Assembly (NCBI GenBank): GCA_934090795.1
Contig: CAKOJQ010000001.1
Location: 90,842-122,841 of the forward strand
Reading direction: 5' to 3'
DNA: 32,000 nt
Source: an uncultured Bacilli bacterium
GTDB taxonomy: Bacteria > Bacillota_I > Bacilli_A > RF39 > UBA660
In this document: positions 16,011-27,106 of the stretch, piece after piece
How positions within the stretch are numbered: position 1 is the first letter of the stretch
Layout of the letters: each line of letters begins with the position of its first letter
The notes under the pieces: model-generated
Databases searched by the model: none
Told to the model about the DNA's origin: nothing
What the model saw: only the letters and a program-made list of their open reading frames with translations
Program-made: the position numbers and the translations under genes

Positions 16011-17173
16011 CTATTTTTCTTTTTTAAAATTAAGTTTTGGAGTAATGTAGTTATCCATAATAAGCATTAATAAAATAGATAATAGAATTGTAATTACATA
16101 TGTTAATATATAAATTGTATGTAATCCTTTTACTGTTGTATTGTTAATATTACAAACTTTTTGAAGAACACCAATTATTGGATAATGTAACATATAAATA
16201 TAAAGTGCTAACTTACCAGGATATTTCCAAATAGGTTTATTTAATAAAGATGTTAAATAATCTTTGTTTAATAAAACTAAGAAAACAATAATTAAACATA
16301 AACCATTAATAGTTGCAAATGTGAATGTTGCACCCCAAATCATATGATAAATAACAATACATGTACATACAGCATTTACAATAGTTAAAAGAATTTTACC
16401 TAATTTACTAAACTCTTTATTACTAATTTTTTCAATAAGTTCATAAAGAACACATCCTAAACCAATTGTAAAGAATGCTTGAATAGCAGCTTCGCTAATA
16501 CCGGTAATGGGAAATTATACCACATTGGACTAATACCGTTAACATGGAAATATCCATATACAATTATAAATCCAACTGGGAATATTAAACCTACTATTAA
16601 ATCTTCACATTTTTCTAATAAATAGTAAATTACATAACTAACTACTAATAAGCTTGAGATAAACCAAAGAGGTCCATTCATTAACATGTGTCTTCCTGCT
16701 GACATTAAACCATAAGTATTATTACCAATACCTAAGCCAGTAACAACACATCCTAGCCATTCCCATAAACAATCAATAGCAATTCTTGGCCATTCATTAA
16801 TTGGAAATCCATTATAAATGTTAGTTAGTACAAAACCAAATAATAGACAAATTAAGAATGCAGGATATAAACCTTTTAATCTTCTTAAAAGATATTTTCC
16901 AGCTCCTTCTCTAGGTGCTAATTCAGATTTACTTTCTTTCCTTTCTAATTTACTCTTTTTAAATTTTATCATTAAGAAATATCCTGTAATTAAATAGAAA
17001 ATAATAATTACATCAAGACTTCCTTTGAACATTACACCACCAGTAGGCACTCCATTTTTTGTAATTAACCATGGACTAGTATGTCAATACATCATTGGAT
17101 AAATGATATAAACATGAACTAGAATGAAGATCATACAAGAAACAAAACGCCAAAATTCAACAGCATAATTCAT
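16011..17173 (-). pseudogene. Acyltransferase family 3 (O-acyltransferase) gene disrupted by one in-frame TGA and one frameshift
   Basis: From the ATG at 17173 the frame reads MNYAVEFWRFVSCMIFILVHVYIIYPMMY-TGA-HTSPWLITKNGVPTGGVMFKG... The frame is lost near 16505-16515 and continues in another frame as ITGISEAAIQAFFTIGLGCVLYELIEK...YHMIWGATFTF... to the stop at 16011. The product is hydrophobic and multi-pass throughout. Confidence 0.7.
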
Positions 17174-17190
17174 TTGTTTTATGTTTTAGG

Positions 17191-17916
17191 TTAGTTCAAT
17201 GTTTTGGTTTTACCTTTTTTATACTCTAAATATTCTGATAATTTCATTTCTTGATATTTAAAATTATATGGATTATAAAATAGTATTAAATCTTGTCTTT
17301 CAATATATAATTTTTTTACGGTTTCTAAACTTAGAGTATTATAAATATTTCTAGTAAAACGATATATAGGAACTATACTTAAAAAGTAATTTAATATTTT
17401 TTCTCTATCATCAATTATTTCACCAGTACTTTTATTTACAAGTACTAATATATTTATTTTTTCTGGTGGTATTATATCGTATGTGTAGCAATCTTCGGGA
17501 TATAAATCAATAACGTTAGGAATATCTTTAAACATTAAGTATACTCCATCTCCTAAATATTCATTAAAACTTTCATATTGCATAGTGTTTTTAGTCGCTT
17601 CTAGCGTTTCAATCATTGATTCTATTTCTTTTAACTTTTTTATATTGGGTTTGGCTTCATTTATATTTTTGCGACATGCTTTTATTTCCTTTTCATAATA
17701 CTCTATAAGTTCTTTTCCAGATTCTCCAGTATGAGTATTATAATAATATAAAAGATTTGTATATAATAATATGGCGTTATTAATTCCAGATGAAAAGAAT
17801 ATAGCACACTTTTTATCACCTATACTTTGACATCTAGTCCCATTTTGAGGAACTAATCCATTTTTACTTATGTTATCTAAATTACTGTAATTGGTAAAAT
17901 GATAATATTTATTCAT
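17191..17916 (-). CDS. Hypothetical protein (N-terminus faintly resembles Tpt1/DarT-type ADP-ribosyltransferase-fold proteins)
   Basis: I prefer the ATG at 17916 with SD GAGGTG. The N-terminus is MNKYYHFTNYSNLDNISKNGLVPQNGTRCQSIGDKKCAIFFSSG. Function is not established. Confidence 0.55.
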   Translation of the reverse strand: MNKYYHFTNYSNLDNISKNGLVPQNGTRCQSIGDKKCAIFFSSGINNAILLYTNLLYYYNTHTGESGKELIEYYEKEIKACRKNINEAKPNIKKLKEIESMIETLEATKNTMQYESFNEYLGDGVYLMFKDIPNVIDLYPEDCYTYDIIPPEKINILVLVNKSTGEIIDDREKILNYFLSIVPIYRFTRNIYNTLSLETVKKLYIERQDLILFYNPYNFKYQEMKLSEYLEYKKGKTKTLN

Positions 17917-18051
17917 AATACACCTCAAATATATAAATTTGTTCGATTATTATACCATAAAATCAATTTAATTTCAATTAGCCAAAATAGGATATTATTT
18001 TTAGGTATATAATTATTAAAAATTATTAAGATATTATTAGGAGAAAAAATT

Positions 18052-18618
18052 ATGTTAATACCAAATATTATTGAAAAGAATTACAATGGAGAAAGAATTT
18101 ATGATATATATTCCAAATTACTTAATAATCGTATTATTTTTTTAAATGGAGAAATTAATGATGATGTATCTAGTTTAATAGTTAGTGAGCTATTATATTT
18201 AGATTCTTTAAATCATGAAGATATAGAGCTTTATATTAATTCACCAGGAGGATCTGTTACTAGTGGATTATCTATTATTGATACTATGAACTTAATTAAA
18301 AGTGATGTATCTACTCTAGCTGTTGGTTTATGTGCATCAATGGCAGCAGTTATTTTAGCAGCCGGAACTAAGAATAAAAGATGTTCACTTCCAAACTCAG
18401 AAATCATGATTCATCAAGTCTTAGGTGGCGTAGAAGGTAAAGCATCAGATGTTCAAGTACAAGCTGAGCGAATATTAAAGATGAAAAAGAAAATAAATAT
18501 GATGCTTGCAGATATAACTGGTAAATCAGTAAAAAAAATTAATAAAGATACGGAAAAGGATTATTATTTAAATCCAAAAGAAGCTATAAAATATGGCCTT
18601 ATTGATAAAGTAATTTAA
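18052..18618 (+). CDS. clpP: ATP-dependent Clp protease proteolytic subunit
   Basis: RIIFLNGEINDD, INSPGGSVTSGLSIIDTM, GLCASMAAVILAAG and MIHQ blocks. SD AGGAG lies upstream. Confidence 0.95.
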   Translation: MLIPNIIEKNYNGERIYDIYSKLLNNRIIFLNGEINDDVSSLIVSELLYLDSLNHEDIELYINSPGGSVTSGLSIIDTMNLIKSDVSTLAVGLCASMAAVILAAGTKNKRCSLPNSEIMIHQVLGGVEGKASDVQVQAERILKMKKKINMMLADITGKSVKKINKDTEKDYYLNPKEAIKYGLIDKVI

Positions 18619-18650
18619 AAAGATGCTATTCATTTGAAATAACATCTTTT
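18618..18650 (+). terminator. Possible clpP terminator overlapping the 3' end of the convergent LCP gene
   Basis: AAAAGATG-(17 nt)-CATCTTTT followed by ATTTTAG. The stem is weak and AT-rich. Confidence 0.3.
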
Positions 18651-20134
18651 ATTTTAGCTTTAATACTATTAATTGATTCTTCATCTGGTTCCATAACATA
18701 CACTTTTGTTTTACCTGTTGAATATGCATAATTATATGAATCAGTACCTGTTGCTACTACTGATTCAATACTCCAAGATGTATTATCTTTTAATTGTTTA
18801 GTTACTAATTTAGAAATTGAATCTTTATCCATATTAGTTTTAATACCACTTGATAGAGATTTTAAAATTTGATTATATTTGGTTAATATACTTTTTGACA
18901 TTAATTTTTCAGTGATACCTTCTAAAACTTGTCCTTGATGAACTTGTCTTGCGTTATCACCGCCAGCATATTGATGACGATTTCTAGCATAAGCTAAGGC
19001 TTGTTCTCCATTTAAAACTTGATTTCCATATTTAAATTTAACTAATTTATCACCAAATTCACGTTTAGAGTCTTGTTCACAAACATATCCTGAGCCACAA
19101 TCAATATCTAAATTATAACGATAATCTGGTTTTTCAACGTTAACGTTTATTCCTCCTAAGGTATCAATTAGGCTTACAAATGAGGTAAAGTTAATTCTGG
19201 CATAATAGTTTACATCTACATCATATAACTTTCCTAAAGTTAAAGCACTTTCATCAATACCATATATTCCAGCATGAGTTAATTTATCTTTGGCATTTTT
19301 ACTAGCTAAGGTAACATAGTAATCTCTTGGAGTACTAACAATTAAAACCTTTCCTTTTTTAGGATTTACTACAGCTAAAATGTTAACATCACTTCTAGCA
19401 GAAGATACGACTTTACCACTTGTATCAATCCCACTTAAATAGACAGTAAAAGCTTCTTTTTTAACATTTACTTCTTTATAGGCACTATCTTTTTTAATAT
19501 TTAATTTAATTTCGGATAGTCTATATAAATTAAAATCTTTTTCTTCTTTATATAGTTCTACTAATGATTCATTTATAACTAAAGCATCTATTTTATCATC
19601 ATATATATCAGCAATAGCATCATCTATATAATCATATTTATTTGTTTTATATTTAATTTTATTACTTAAACTATCTAAAGCATTATCTATATATTCATCT
19701 TTATTATAAATACCAATTGTTTTATTATTTAAAGCATCAATCTTTTTATATTTATCTTTAACTATATAGACACCATATATTTCTGAATATTTGTTATTAT
19801 CAAATATGTTATTTATAAAATCTAAAGAAAATATTAAATATATAGAAATAAATACTTCTACTATAATCATTAGGATACTTAAAAATGATGTAAATAATTT
19901 AGTTATTACTAAAGACCTATGATTTAATTTATAGATTAGAAATCCTCCTAAACCAATTACACCAACAAAGATACTTATTAAGTAAGTTATTGGTAACATA
20001 TTTAAATATATTAGGGTACTACATAGAAATACAGTAGTAAGCACTAGTATAAATGATAATATTTTATAAAATAATTTATTTTTTGTGTGTTTATTACTAT
20101 TATTATTTTTTTGGGTTGTTTTTTCTTTTTTCAT
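18626..20134 (-). CDS. LytR-CpsA-Psr (LCP) family cell-wall polymer ligase
   Basis: N-terminal transmembrane helices, an LCP core (YLSGIDTSG...RSDVNILAVVNPKKGKVLIVSTPRDYYV...INYYARINFTSFVSLIDTLGGI) and the RNRH..AGGDNARQ motif. Confidence 0.85.
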   Translation of the reverse strand: MKKEKTTQKNNNSNKHTKNKLFYKILSFILVLTTVFLCSTLIYLNMLPITYLISIFVGVIGLGGFLIYKLNHRSLVITKLFTSFLSILMIIVEVFISIYLIFSLDFINNIFDNNKYSEIYGVYIVKDKYKKIDALNNKTIGIYNKDEYIDNALDSLSNKIKYKTNKYDYIDDAIADIYDDKIDALVINESLVELYKEEKDFNLYRLSEIKLNIKKDSAYKEVNVKKEAFTVYLSGIDTSGKVVSSARSDVNILAVVNPKKGKVLIVSTPRDYYVTLASKNAKDKLTHAGIYGIDESALTLGKLYDVDVNYYARINFTSFVSLIDTLGGINVNVEKPDYRYNLDIDCGSGYVCEQDSKREFGDKLVKFKYGNQVLNGEQALAYARNRHQYAGGDNARQVHQGQVLEGITEKLMSKSILTKYNQILKSLSSGIKTNMDKDSISKLVTKQLKDNTSWSIESVVATGTDSYNYAYSTGKTKVYVMEPDEESINSIKAKIKDVISNE

Positions 20135-20214
20135 CTCACACCTCTTACATTAATAATATCATATTCTATTAAAATAAATTAAAAAAACGTAATTAGATAC
20201 GTCTATTTACACTT

Positions 20215-20823
20215 TTATTGTGATAATCTATCATCAGATGATACCGTAATATGTCCAGCAAACGTAAGTAAATTGCCATCTGTTCCATATTGAGATTGAA
20301 TATTATTTACATCGTTTGGATAACTGATTGTTAATGAGTAGTATTTAGTTCCGGCAGTTGATGATGATATTGCTTCACTATACATTGCTATTTCATAAAA
20401 TTCACGATTAATTATACCACTACCTAAACTTGTCGTACAGCCACTTCCTGAAGAAGTACATTTTGCTAAGGAGTAGGCTAAATAACTATTTCCTGCATCA
20501 TTTGTTAAATCAAAGTTGTTATTATCAACATATAAATTAATTGTGTAATTGTATGTCTTGTTTGTTTTGTTAGTTGATGAAATTGTAAAGTATTTGTTGA
20601 CACTCCAACCAGGATCTACATTTGAGGCATTAATATTGTTAGTTCCATTTGTATATGTAACTGCAATAGATCCTGATTCTACATTAATTGTACTAGATGA
20701 TTCTAAATTAACATAGGAAGCTGCAAAATAAGCATATGCTATTCCAATTCCCAATATTGTTATTGTTAAGATTAAACCAATAGATAAAAATATTAATTTT
20801 TTATTATGATTATTATTTTCCAT
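20215..20823 (-). CDS. Small secreted protein with a SipW/TasA-type signal peptide; paralog of the DGR target N-terminal domain
   Basis: I prefer the ATG at 20823 with AGGAAG 8 nt upstream. LILTITILGIGIAYAYFAAS resembles the FAYFS signal motif. GSIAVTYTNGTNNINASNVDPGWSVNKYFTISSTN aligns with GKMLITYNDGTDNILPVTNIQPSDKILVNKTFSLTGTN of the target. Confidence 0.65.
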   Translation of the reverse strand: MENNNHNKKLIFLSIGLILTITILGIGIAYAYFAASYVNLESSSTINVESGSIAVTYTNGTNNINASNVDPGWSVNKYFTISSTNKTNKTYNYTINLYVDNNNFDLTNDAGNSYLAYSLAKCTSSGSGCTTSLGSGIINREFYEIAMYSEAISSSTAGTKYYSLTISYPNDVNNIQSQYGTDGNLLTFAGHITVSSDDRLSQ

Positions 20824-20857
20824 GAATTTCACTTCCTAATTTTATTCTATTTATATT

Positions 20858-22216
20858 TTACCAAAAATTTTGATAATTACCATCTTTTTTATAAAATTTA
20901 TCCATTAAAACTACATATTCAAAGGTATTTAATAATTCTTTCTTAGAGTAAATCATAGTTCTTACGCCACCGATATATGATAAGCTTTCGGCAACATAGT
21001 AGGTATCATCATCAATTCCAATTAACATGGCAATATGTCCCCACCAATTAAGAAGGTCTCCTACTTTAACATTATCAATTTCGTTAGCTAGATATCTAAA
21101 TTCACCTAAATCAGTACATTGATTGTCAATATCGGGACTTTCACCTGCTCCAACATCACCGGGATCGAAACCAGCATTTTTCAAACTCCAAGTAACAAAT
21201 CCAGAACAATCTAAACCATTTGGCATCTTTTTACCAACGATATAACCCCAGCGTGGTTCATCTTCTAAGTTAGTTAGTCCACAACCCCAAATTGAAGGAC
21301 CTTTCCAAGAAGCAATAATGCCTTCTTTTTTACTATCTGATAGATATAATCCTTTTTTATAGTATCTTCCTTCGCCATCGGCAATATGAGTATTAACATT
21401 TGATTTATTTGTTTCACTTAAAGGAACTCTTCCATTTTCATAAAAATAAGGAATGCGATAATTAAACTCTAAAGTTAGGAATCTAGCAGCAGCTACTGCT
21501 CCAGCACGGGTTTGATAACCTGCCTCATTTATTTTGTATTCCAAAATTTTATCTAATGTATTTGCATCTTCCTTACTATACGCATTACATGGTAGTAATG
21601 TTTTTTTATCTTTGGTTGCATATGGTTTAGTTATTAAATTTGTAACTTCAACATTTAATTTATCACTTACTTTATCAGAATATATATAAGCATTACCAAC
21701 ATTCTTAGCAATTATCTTATTATCTTTTATTTCTATAATATCAGTATTACTACTTTTAAAGTTATAATCTACTTTTTTATCTAAAAGGACTTCAAAATAA
21801 GTTATTTCTTTTTCTTCTTCTGGTATCATGTAAATAGTTTCATTTAAGAATTTAAACGATAATACACCATTAAATACATCGTTTAAATTAATAATGTTAC
21901 TTTTATCTTCTTTGTCATTGGTTAAATATAATATATATGTATCATTTAAATCTAGGACTAACGCGCACTTGTTATTTTCTCCTGTAACGTTATATTTATT
22001 CTTATTTCCATCAGCATGACAATAAAATTCACTATTAAATGTATTAATTTTTCTTTCTAAAAGTACACTAACTGTTTTATTTATATCATCATAATTATCT
22101 ACTTTAACGTTTACTAATTCTATTTTACGATAATTTTTATAATTAAATATAATAAAATATGAGCATATTCCTAGAACTAAAATACCAATAATATATAAAG
22201 ATAATTTCTTTTTCAC
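20858..22216 (-). CDS. Membrane-anchored NlpC/P60-family cell-wall hydrolase
   Basis: N-terminal transmembrane segment and a C-terminal GLDCSGFVTWSLKNAGF...GDLLNWWGHIAMLIG with the Cys/His catalytic pattern. GTG start preceded by AGGTG. Confidence 0.8.
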   Translation of the reverse strand: MKKKLSLYIIGILVLGICSYFIIFNYKNYRKIELVNVKVDNYDDINKTVSVLLERKINTFNSEFYCHADGNKNKYNVTGENNKCALVLDLNDTYILYLTNDKEDKSNIINLNDVFNGVLSFKFLNETIYMIPEEEKEITYFEVLLDKKVDYNFKSSNTDIIEIKDNKIIAKNVGNAYIYSDKVSDKLNVEVTNLITKPYATKDKKTLLPCNAYSKEDANTLDKILEYKINEAGYQTRAGAVAAARFLTLEFNYRIPYFYENGRVPLSETNKSNVNTHIADGEGRYYKKGLYLSDSKKEGIIASWKGPSIWGCGLTNLEDEPRWGYIVGKKMPNGLDCSGFVTWSLKNAGFDPGDVGAGESPDIDNQCTDLGEFRYLANEIDNVKVGDLLNWWGHIAMLIGIDDDTYYVAESLSYIGGVRTMIYSKKELLNTFEYVVLMDKFYKKDGNYQNFW

Positions 22217-22273
22217 ACTAACACCTACTTTTAAAATATATCATAAAAAAAGAGAAAAAACATTATATTTCTT

Positions 22274-22921
22274 CTACTTTTTTAATCTTTTAAAATATTT
22301 TATATCTTTTAATAATTTGATTCTTTCAATTATTTTATATTTTGGAATATTTTCATATATTTGTTTATTTTTATTATATAGATATTCATAGTAATCTTTA
22401 TTACCATTTATTAATAAGGGACCATATTTTAGTTCTTTAGGAGAATATTTTTTATTACCTCTTAAAAATACGATATTAATATAATACTTACCATTATCAT
22501 ATATAGTGCTTTCATGACTTATAAAGAATCCGTGATTGACTAAATAAGTTCTTAAAAGAAAGTGATTATTATTTGATTCTATAATTAATTTATTAATTTG
22601 ATTTATATTTTTATTACTAAGTATTTTAATAATGGTAGATGTTCCCATGCCACTGATGATTAGGGTATTTATATCTTCATTTAAAAATTCAATGCCATCA
22701 CTAAGCCTAGTTGTAATTTTATCTTCTAAGCCGTATTTTTTGATATTATTTATACCATTATTTAAAGCTTTTTCATTTATATCACAAGCTAGTGTTTTAA
22801 GTACTATATTATTTTGGACTAAATAAATATCCAAATATGCATGATCACAACCAATATCAGCAACTATATCTTCAGGACTTACTAAAGCTGCAAGTGATTT
22901 TAGTCTTTTAGACAATTTCAT
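22274..22921 (-). CDS. trmK: tRNA (adenine(22)-N(1))-methyltransferase
   Basis: RLKSLAALVSPEDIVADIGCDHAYLDIYLV is the TrmK signature. It occupies the conserved position after rpoD. Confidence 0.8.
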   Translation of the reverse strand: MKLSKRLKSLAALVSPEDIVADIGCDHAYLDIYLVQNNIVLKTLACDINEKALNNGINNIKKYGLEDKITTRLSDGIEFLNEDINTLIISGMGTSTIIKILSNKNINQINKLIIESNNNHFLLRTYLVNHGFFISHESTIYDNGKYYINIVFLRGNKKYSPKELKYGPLLINGNKDYYEYLYNKNKQIYENIPKYKIIERIKLLKDIKYFKRLKK

Positions 22922-24042
22922 TAATCCACCAAGAAATCTTTTAATTTTTTAGCACGAGATGGATGTCTTAATTTTCTTAGAGCTTTTGCTTCGATTTGTC
23001 TAATTCTTTCTCTTGTTACGTTAAACTTCTTTCCTACTTCTTCTAGGGTATAACTTGTTCCATCAATTAAACCAAAACGAAGTTCTAATACTTGTTGTTC
23101 TCTTGGTTGCAATGTTTCTAATACTGATTTAATTTCTTCTTTAAGGATTTCATTTGTTGTAAAGTCTTCTGGTGACATATTTCTTTCATCAGGAACAAAA
23201 TCACCTAAATGTGAATCTTCTTCTTCACCAATTGGAGTTTCTAAACTTACTGGGTCTTGACTAATTTTAATTACTTCTCTTACCTTTTCAACACCAACAC
23301 CCATTTTTTTAGCTATTTCTTCTTCACTTGGTTCTCTATTAAGTTCTAGGGTTAATTGTCTTTGTATGCGAGCCATCTTATTAATTGTTTCAACCATATG
23401 AACTGGAACTCTGATTGTTCTTGCTTGATCTGCTAGGGCTCTTGTTATTGCTTGTCTAATCCACCATGTTGCATATGTTGAAAATTTATATCCCTTATCA
23501 TAATCAAATTTTTCAACTGCTTTCATTAAACCAATATTACCTTCTTGAATTAAGTCTAAGAAAAGTAATCCACGTCCAACATATCTTTTAGCAATTGATA
23601 CAACTAAACGTAAATTTGACTCAGCAAGTAAACGAGCAGCTTCTTGATCCCCGTTAGCAACTCTTATAGATAAATCCATTTCTTCTTCAGGAGATAGCAA
23701 ACTAATTTTACCTATTTCTTTTAAATACATTCTAACAGGATCATTAATATTAATATCTTTAGTTAAATCTTCATCAGTTAAAATTTCTACTTCTTCTTCT
23801 TTGATTTTACCAGGACCAGGACCAGCTTCACTAGATGATGATTCTTCTTCACTAGAAACTACTGTAATTCCATTTTCTAAGAAAGCATTATAAAGTTCAT
23901 CTAAAGCATCACTATCAATATCTAATCCTTTTAAACTACTAGCAAGTTCTTCAAAAGTAATAAATCCTTCTTTTTTACCCTTTTCAATTAACTCTAATTT
24001 TCTTTCTTCAAATGTTTTAATTTCTTTAACAGCTTTTGCCAT
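22921..24042 (-). CDS. rpoD: Primary RNA polymerase sigma factor (sigma-70/SigA)
   Basis: Regions 1.2 to 4 are present, including [23 protein letters not shown] and [29 protein letters not shown]. Confidence 0.97.
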   Translation of the reverse strand: MAKAVKEIKTFEERKLELIEKGKKEGFITFEELASSLKGLDIDSDALDELYNAFLENGITVVSSEEESSSSEAGPGPGKIKEEEVEILTDEDLTKDININDPVRMYLKEIGKISLLSPEEEMDLSIRVANGDQEAARLLAESNLRLVVSIAKRYVGRGLLFLDLIQEGNIGLMKAVEKFDYDKGYKFSTYATWWIRQAITRALADQARTIRVPVHMVETINKMARIQRQLTLELNREPSEEEIAKKMGVGVEKVREVIKISQDPVSLETPIGEEEDSHLGDFVPDERNMSPEDFTTNEILKEEIKSVLETLQPREQQVLELRFGLIDGTSYTLEEVGKKFNVTRERIRQIEAKALRKLRHPSRAKKLKDFLVD

Positions 24043-25766
24043 TAATCTTCACTTCCTTTTTTTATTTTAATTATTAAATCATTTAGTTCTTCTTGTTTTT
24101 TTATATCAGTTTCGATTTTTAATTGTTCTTTTAATTTTTCTATTTTATTTTCTTTTATCCATTTATTTATAATATTAATAAAGTTATCAAATTCTTCAGG
24201 TAATATTTTATCTTGATAATCATTTAGAATACGATAAATATCTTCTTTATAGTCTAAATCTTTAATGTATGTCATAAAATCGGCAATCTCAAATTCACCA
24301 TTAATTTCTTTATAAGCTAAAATGTCATTAGCAATAAGTTTATATTTTTCTTCAGGAAAGTAATTTAATTCTATTTTATATTTTCTTATAAACTTTGGAT
24401 CACTCATCATTAAATAAAGAATTGCTTCAGCGGCTTGATGATATTGATTTAATTTAGGTTTTACTCTTTTAAACTCTGTTTGTTTAATAACTGGTATTGT
24501 TTTAATTAGTTTTCCTTCTAATATTTTTTTGTCAATATGATATTCTTCTGATAGTTTATTAATTGTAATTGACTTTAGGATTTCATCATTTGATTTATTA
24601 AGTTCATCTATTATTTTATTAATATATTCAGCTAGTTCATCAGCTTTATTTAAGTTTTTATCCTTTTTTAGATATCTTAATTTAAAATCAAAGAATGATA
24701 TTTCTCCTTTTAAGGCATCTTTAAAGGCATCTACTCCATATTTTAATATATAACTATCAGGATCTTTTTCACCTGTTAATCTGACGACGCTTACTTCAAT
24801 CTCATTTTTAACTAGTTCTTCACCATTTAAAATAGTACTTTTTTCACCAGCATTATCGTTATCCATCATAAGTATTACTTTGGCATTTAGTTTTTTTAAT
24901 AAACTAATATGATTACTTGTTAGGGCCGTTCCCATTGATGCAATAACATTTTTAATTCCCGATGAATATACTCTTATGGCATCCATTTGGCCTTCGACTA
25001 AGATTACTGATTTGGTTTTTAAAGCTTCTAATCTGCATTTGTCATAATTATAAAATGTATAGCCTTTTCTAAAAATAACGCTTTCTCTACTATTAATATA
25101 TTTGCTTGTATCTTCATTTTGGTAAATACGAGCTGAATAAGCAATTACTTTTCCTTCACTATTACATATTGGAAATGTGATTCGATTTCTAAATAGATCT
25201 AATAAACCATATTCATTGCTATTTGCTAATGACATATCAATTATATCTTTATTACTATATCCTTTACTAGTTAATATTTTATTCAAATTATTATCTGAAA
25301 GCGCTAAACCTATATTAAATTCTTTAATTGTTTCTTCACTTAAATGACGGTCATTTATTAAATAATTTTTAGCTTTTACTCCTAGACTACTATTTAAATT
25401 ATTAACAAATATTTTATTAGATAAATCCATAAGTTCATAGTATTTACTATTTTTGTTAACTACTTTATCTTTAATATCTAGTTGATATCCGATTTTATCG
25501 GCAACTTTTTTTACAGCCTCAACAAATGAGATATTTTCATAATTTTGAACGAATGTGAACACATTACCGCTGGCCAAACAGGTAAAGCATTTGTAAATTT
25601 GTTTTTCTCTTGATACGCTTAAACTTGGGGAGTGGTCATTGTGAAAAGGACAAATTCCAAAATAATTTTTTCCCTGTGGTGCCAGATTTATATAAGAACC
25701 TATAATTTCAACTATATCCGCTTTTTTTCTAATTTCAGCAATTACATCATTTGGTATTCCGGCCAT
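24042..25766 (-). CDS. dnaG: DNA primase
   Basis: Zinc finger [13 protein letters not shown]...YKCFTC and TOPRIM blocks ([16 protein letters not shown]). It is directly upstream of rpoD. Confidence 0.95.
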   Translation of the reverse strand: MAGIPNDVIAEIRKKADIVEIIGSYINLAPQGKNYFGICPFHNDHSPSLSVSREKQIYKCFTCLASGNVFTFVQNYENISFVEAVKKVADKIGYQLDIKDKVVNKNSKYYELMDLSNKIFVNNLNSSLGVKAKNYLINDRHLSEETIKEFNIGLALSDNNLNKILTSKGYSNKDIIDMSLANSNEYGLLDLFRNRITFPICNSEGKVIAYSARIYQNEDTSKYINSRESVIFRKGYTFYNYDKCRLEALKTKSVILVEGQMDAIRVYSSGIKNVIASMGTALTSNHISLLKKLNAKVILMMDNDNAGEKSTILNGEELVKNEIEVSVVRLTGEKDPDSYILKYGVDAFKDALKGEISFFDFKLRYLKKDKNLNKADELAEYINKIIDELNKSNDEILKSITINKLSEEYHIDKKILEGKLIKTIPVIKQTEFKRVKPKLNQYHQAAEAILYLMMSDPKFIRKYKIELNYFPEEKYKLIANDILAYKEINGEFEIADFMTYIKDLDYKEDIYRILNDYQDKILPEEFDNFINIINKWIKENKIEKLKEQLKIETDIKKQEELNDLIIKIKKGSED

Positions 25767-26028
25767 AAAATCACCCTACATATATTATTCCCCATATCCC
25801 CTCTATTTCTTTTATTTTTTTTGCAAAAAATATAAATTTCTCCAATATTCTATCACGTTTTGATATTTTTTCAAGTGGTTATGAGAAAAAAACAAGTCTT
25901 ATTCAAACTTTGTAATAGAAAAAGAAATACTAGTTATCTTTTAATTTTAGTATTTCTTTATTTGCTAGACTAACTATTTTTGATATTTATAAAGTTTGTA
26001 TTAATTATCTTTGTACTCTTCTCTGGGA

Positions 26029-27048
26029 TTATCTATCTTTTGATTTATATAAAACTTTTACATTTATTAAAATTAATACAAATGAGATTAACAATGGTAA
26101 GTAAAAGATAAATAAACGGTTTAAAATCATTCCATGAATCGCTAATGTATCAAAGATAGTTAAATATAATATGCTAGTAATATATTCGCTTATTCCTGTT
26201 TGACCGGGAAGTATACATAATTCTAAAGATATTTGAACAAATAATTGAAGTAATAAAATATCAAAATAATTAAGAACTATATTTGTATTTAAACTTCTAT
26301 AAATAAAATATATTATCGAAAACAATATTGTTCTTTGAATAAATACCAAGATAGTTGTTAGAAATAATATACCAACATTTTCTTTTAAATAGCTTGCTTC
26401 ATCTATGTATGATTTTGTTATTTCATCTATTTTAGTATTATAATCTATATTTTTATTTGTAAATTTATTATATATTTTATAAATAATTGTAAGTATTTTA
26501 CTAATTAATTTTTGATTATACATTAGAAGTAAACAAATAACTACTATAAAAATATCGTAAATAAATCCAAGAAAGAATAATATCTTAACTAAAGAACCAT
26601 TAGTAAAAACATAATCTGGTTTGAAAATTAAAATTAATATTCCTCCAACAATTAAAAATAATTTAAATAATATTGTATTAAGTATTAATGAAATCATACT
26701 CTTTTTATTTGATAATTTATCTTGATTCATGTAATAAAGTTGAAGAGGTTGACCACCAGTAGAACCAGGTGTTATACCACTAAAGAAAAACTCAACTAAA
26801 GAATAATGAAAACATCTTATTAATGATATTTTTTCATTCATTGAATTAAACATTACTTTAAAATATAATCCTTCCAAGAAGAAATATAAAAATACTCCTA
26901 AAATTATTATTATATAGTAACTTATATTTATCATTTTTAAACACAGTAGTATATCAGATACTTTATAAGTTAAAAAAAGAATCGTAAAAGTAACTGTAAA
27001 TAATAAGATGAAAATAATTGATGATATTATAATTTTTTTATCTTTCAT
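26029..27048 (-). CDS. Flippase-like membrane protein (lysylphosphatidylglycerol-synthase TM-region family, UPF0104)
   Basis: Multi-pass membrane protein with FFSGITPGSTGGQPLQLYYM, typical of the LPG_synthase_TM family. Confidence 0.6.
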   Translation of the reverse strand: MKDKKIIISSIIFILLFTVTFTILFLTYKVSDILLCLKMINISYYIIIILGVFLYFFLEGLYFKVMFNSMNEKISLIRCFHYSLVEFFFSGITPGSTGGQPLQLYYMNQDKLSNKKSMISLILNTILFKLFLIVGGILILIFKPDYVFTNGSLVKILFFLGFIYDIFIVVICLLLMYNQKLISKILTIIYKIYNKFTNKNIDYNTKIDEITKSYIDEASYLKENVGILFLTTILVFIQRTILFSIIYFIYRSLNTNIVLNYFDILLLQLFVQISLELCILPGQTGISEYITSILYLTIFDTLAIHGMILNRLFIFYLPLLISFVLILINVKVLYKSKDR

Positions 27049-27106
27049 ACTAATCTATCCTCACTAATGTTAAGTATAGCATCTTAATTTAAGAAGATAA
27101 ATAGAA

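Noticed and set aside
17080-17095. In-frame TGA in the acyltransferase as evidence for genetic code 4 (TGA = Trp), as in Mollicutes
   Set aside because: TGA is the actual stop of infB (6634-6636, overlapping the rbfA ATG), of the 835-1146 ORF and of accessory ORF 1. Trp is encoded by TGG throughout. The same gene also carries a frameshift, so a pseudogene or sequencing error is the simpler explanation.
13239-25835. Plus-strand track ORFs 13239-13421, 22632-22826 and 25632-25835
   Set aside because: They are antisense to accessory ORF 1, trmK and dnaG respectively. They are short with no supporting signals.
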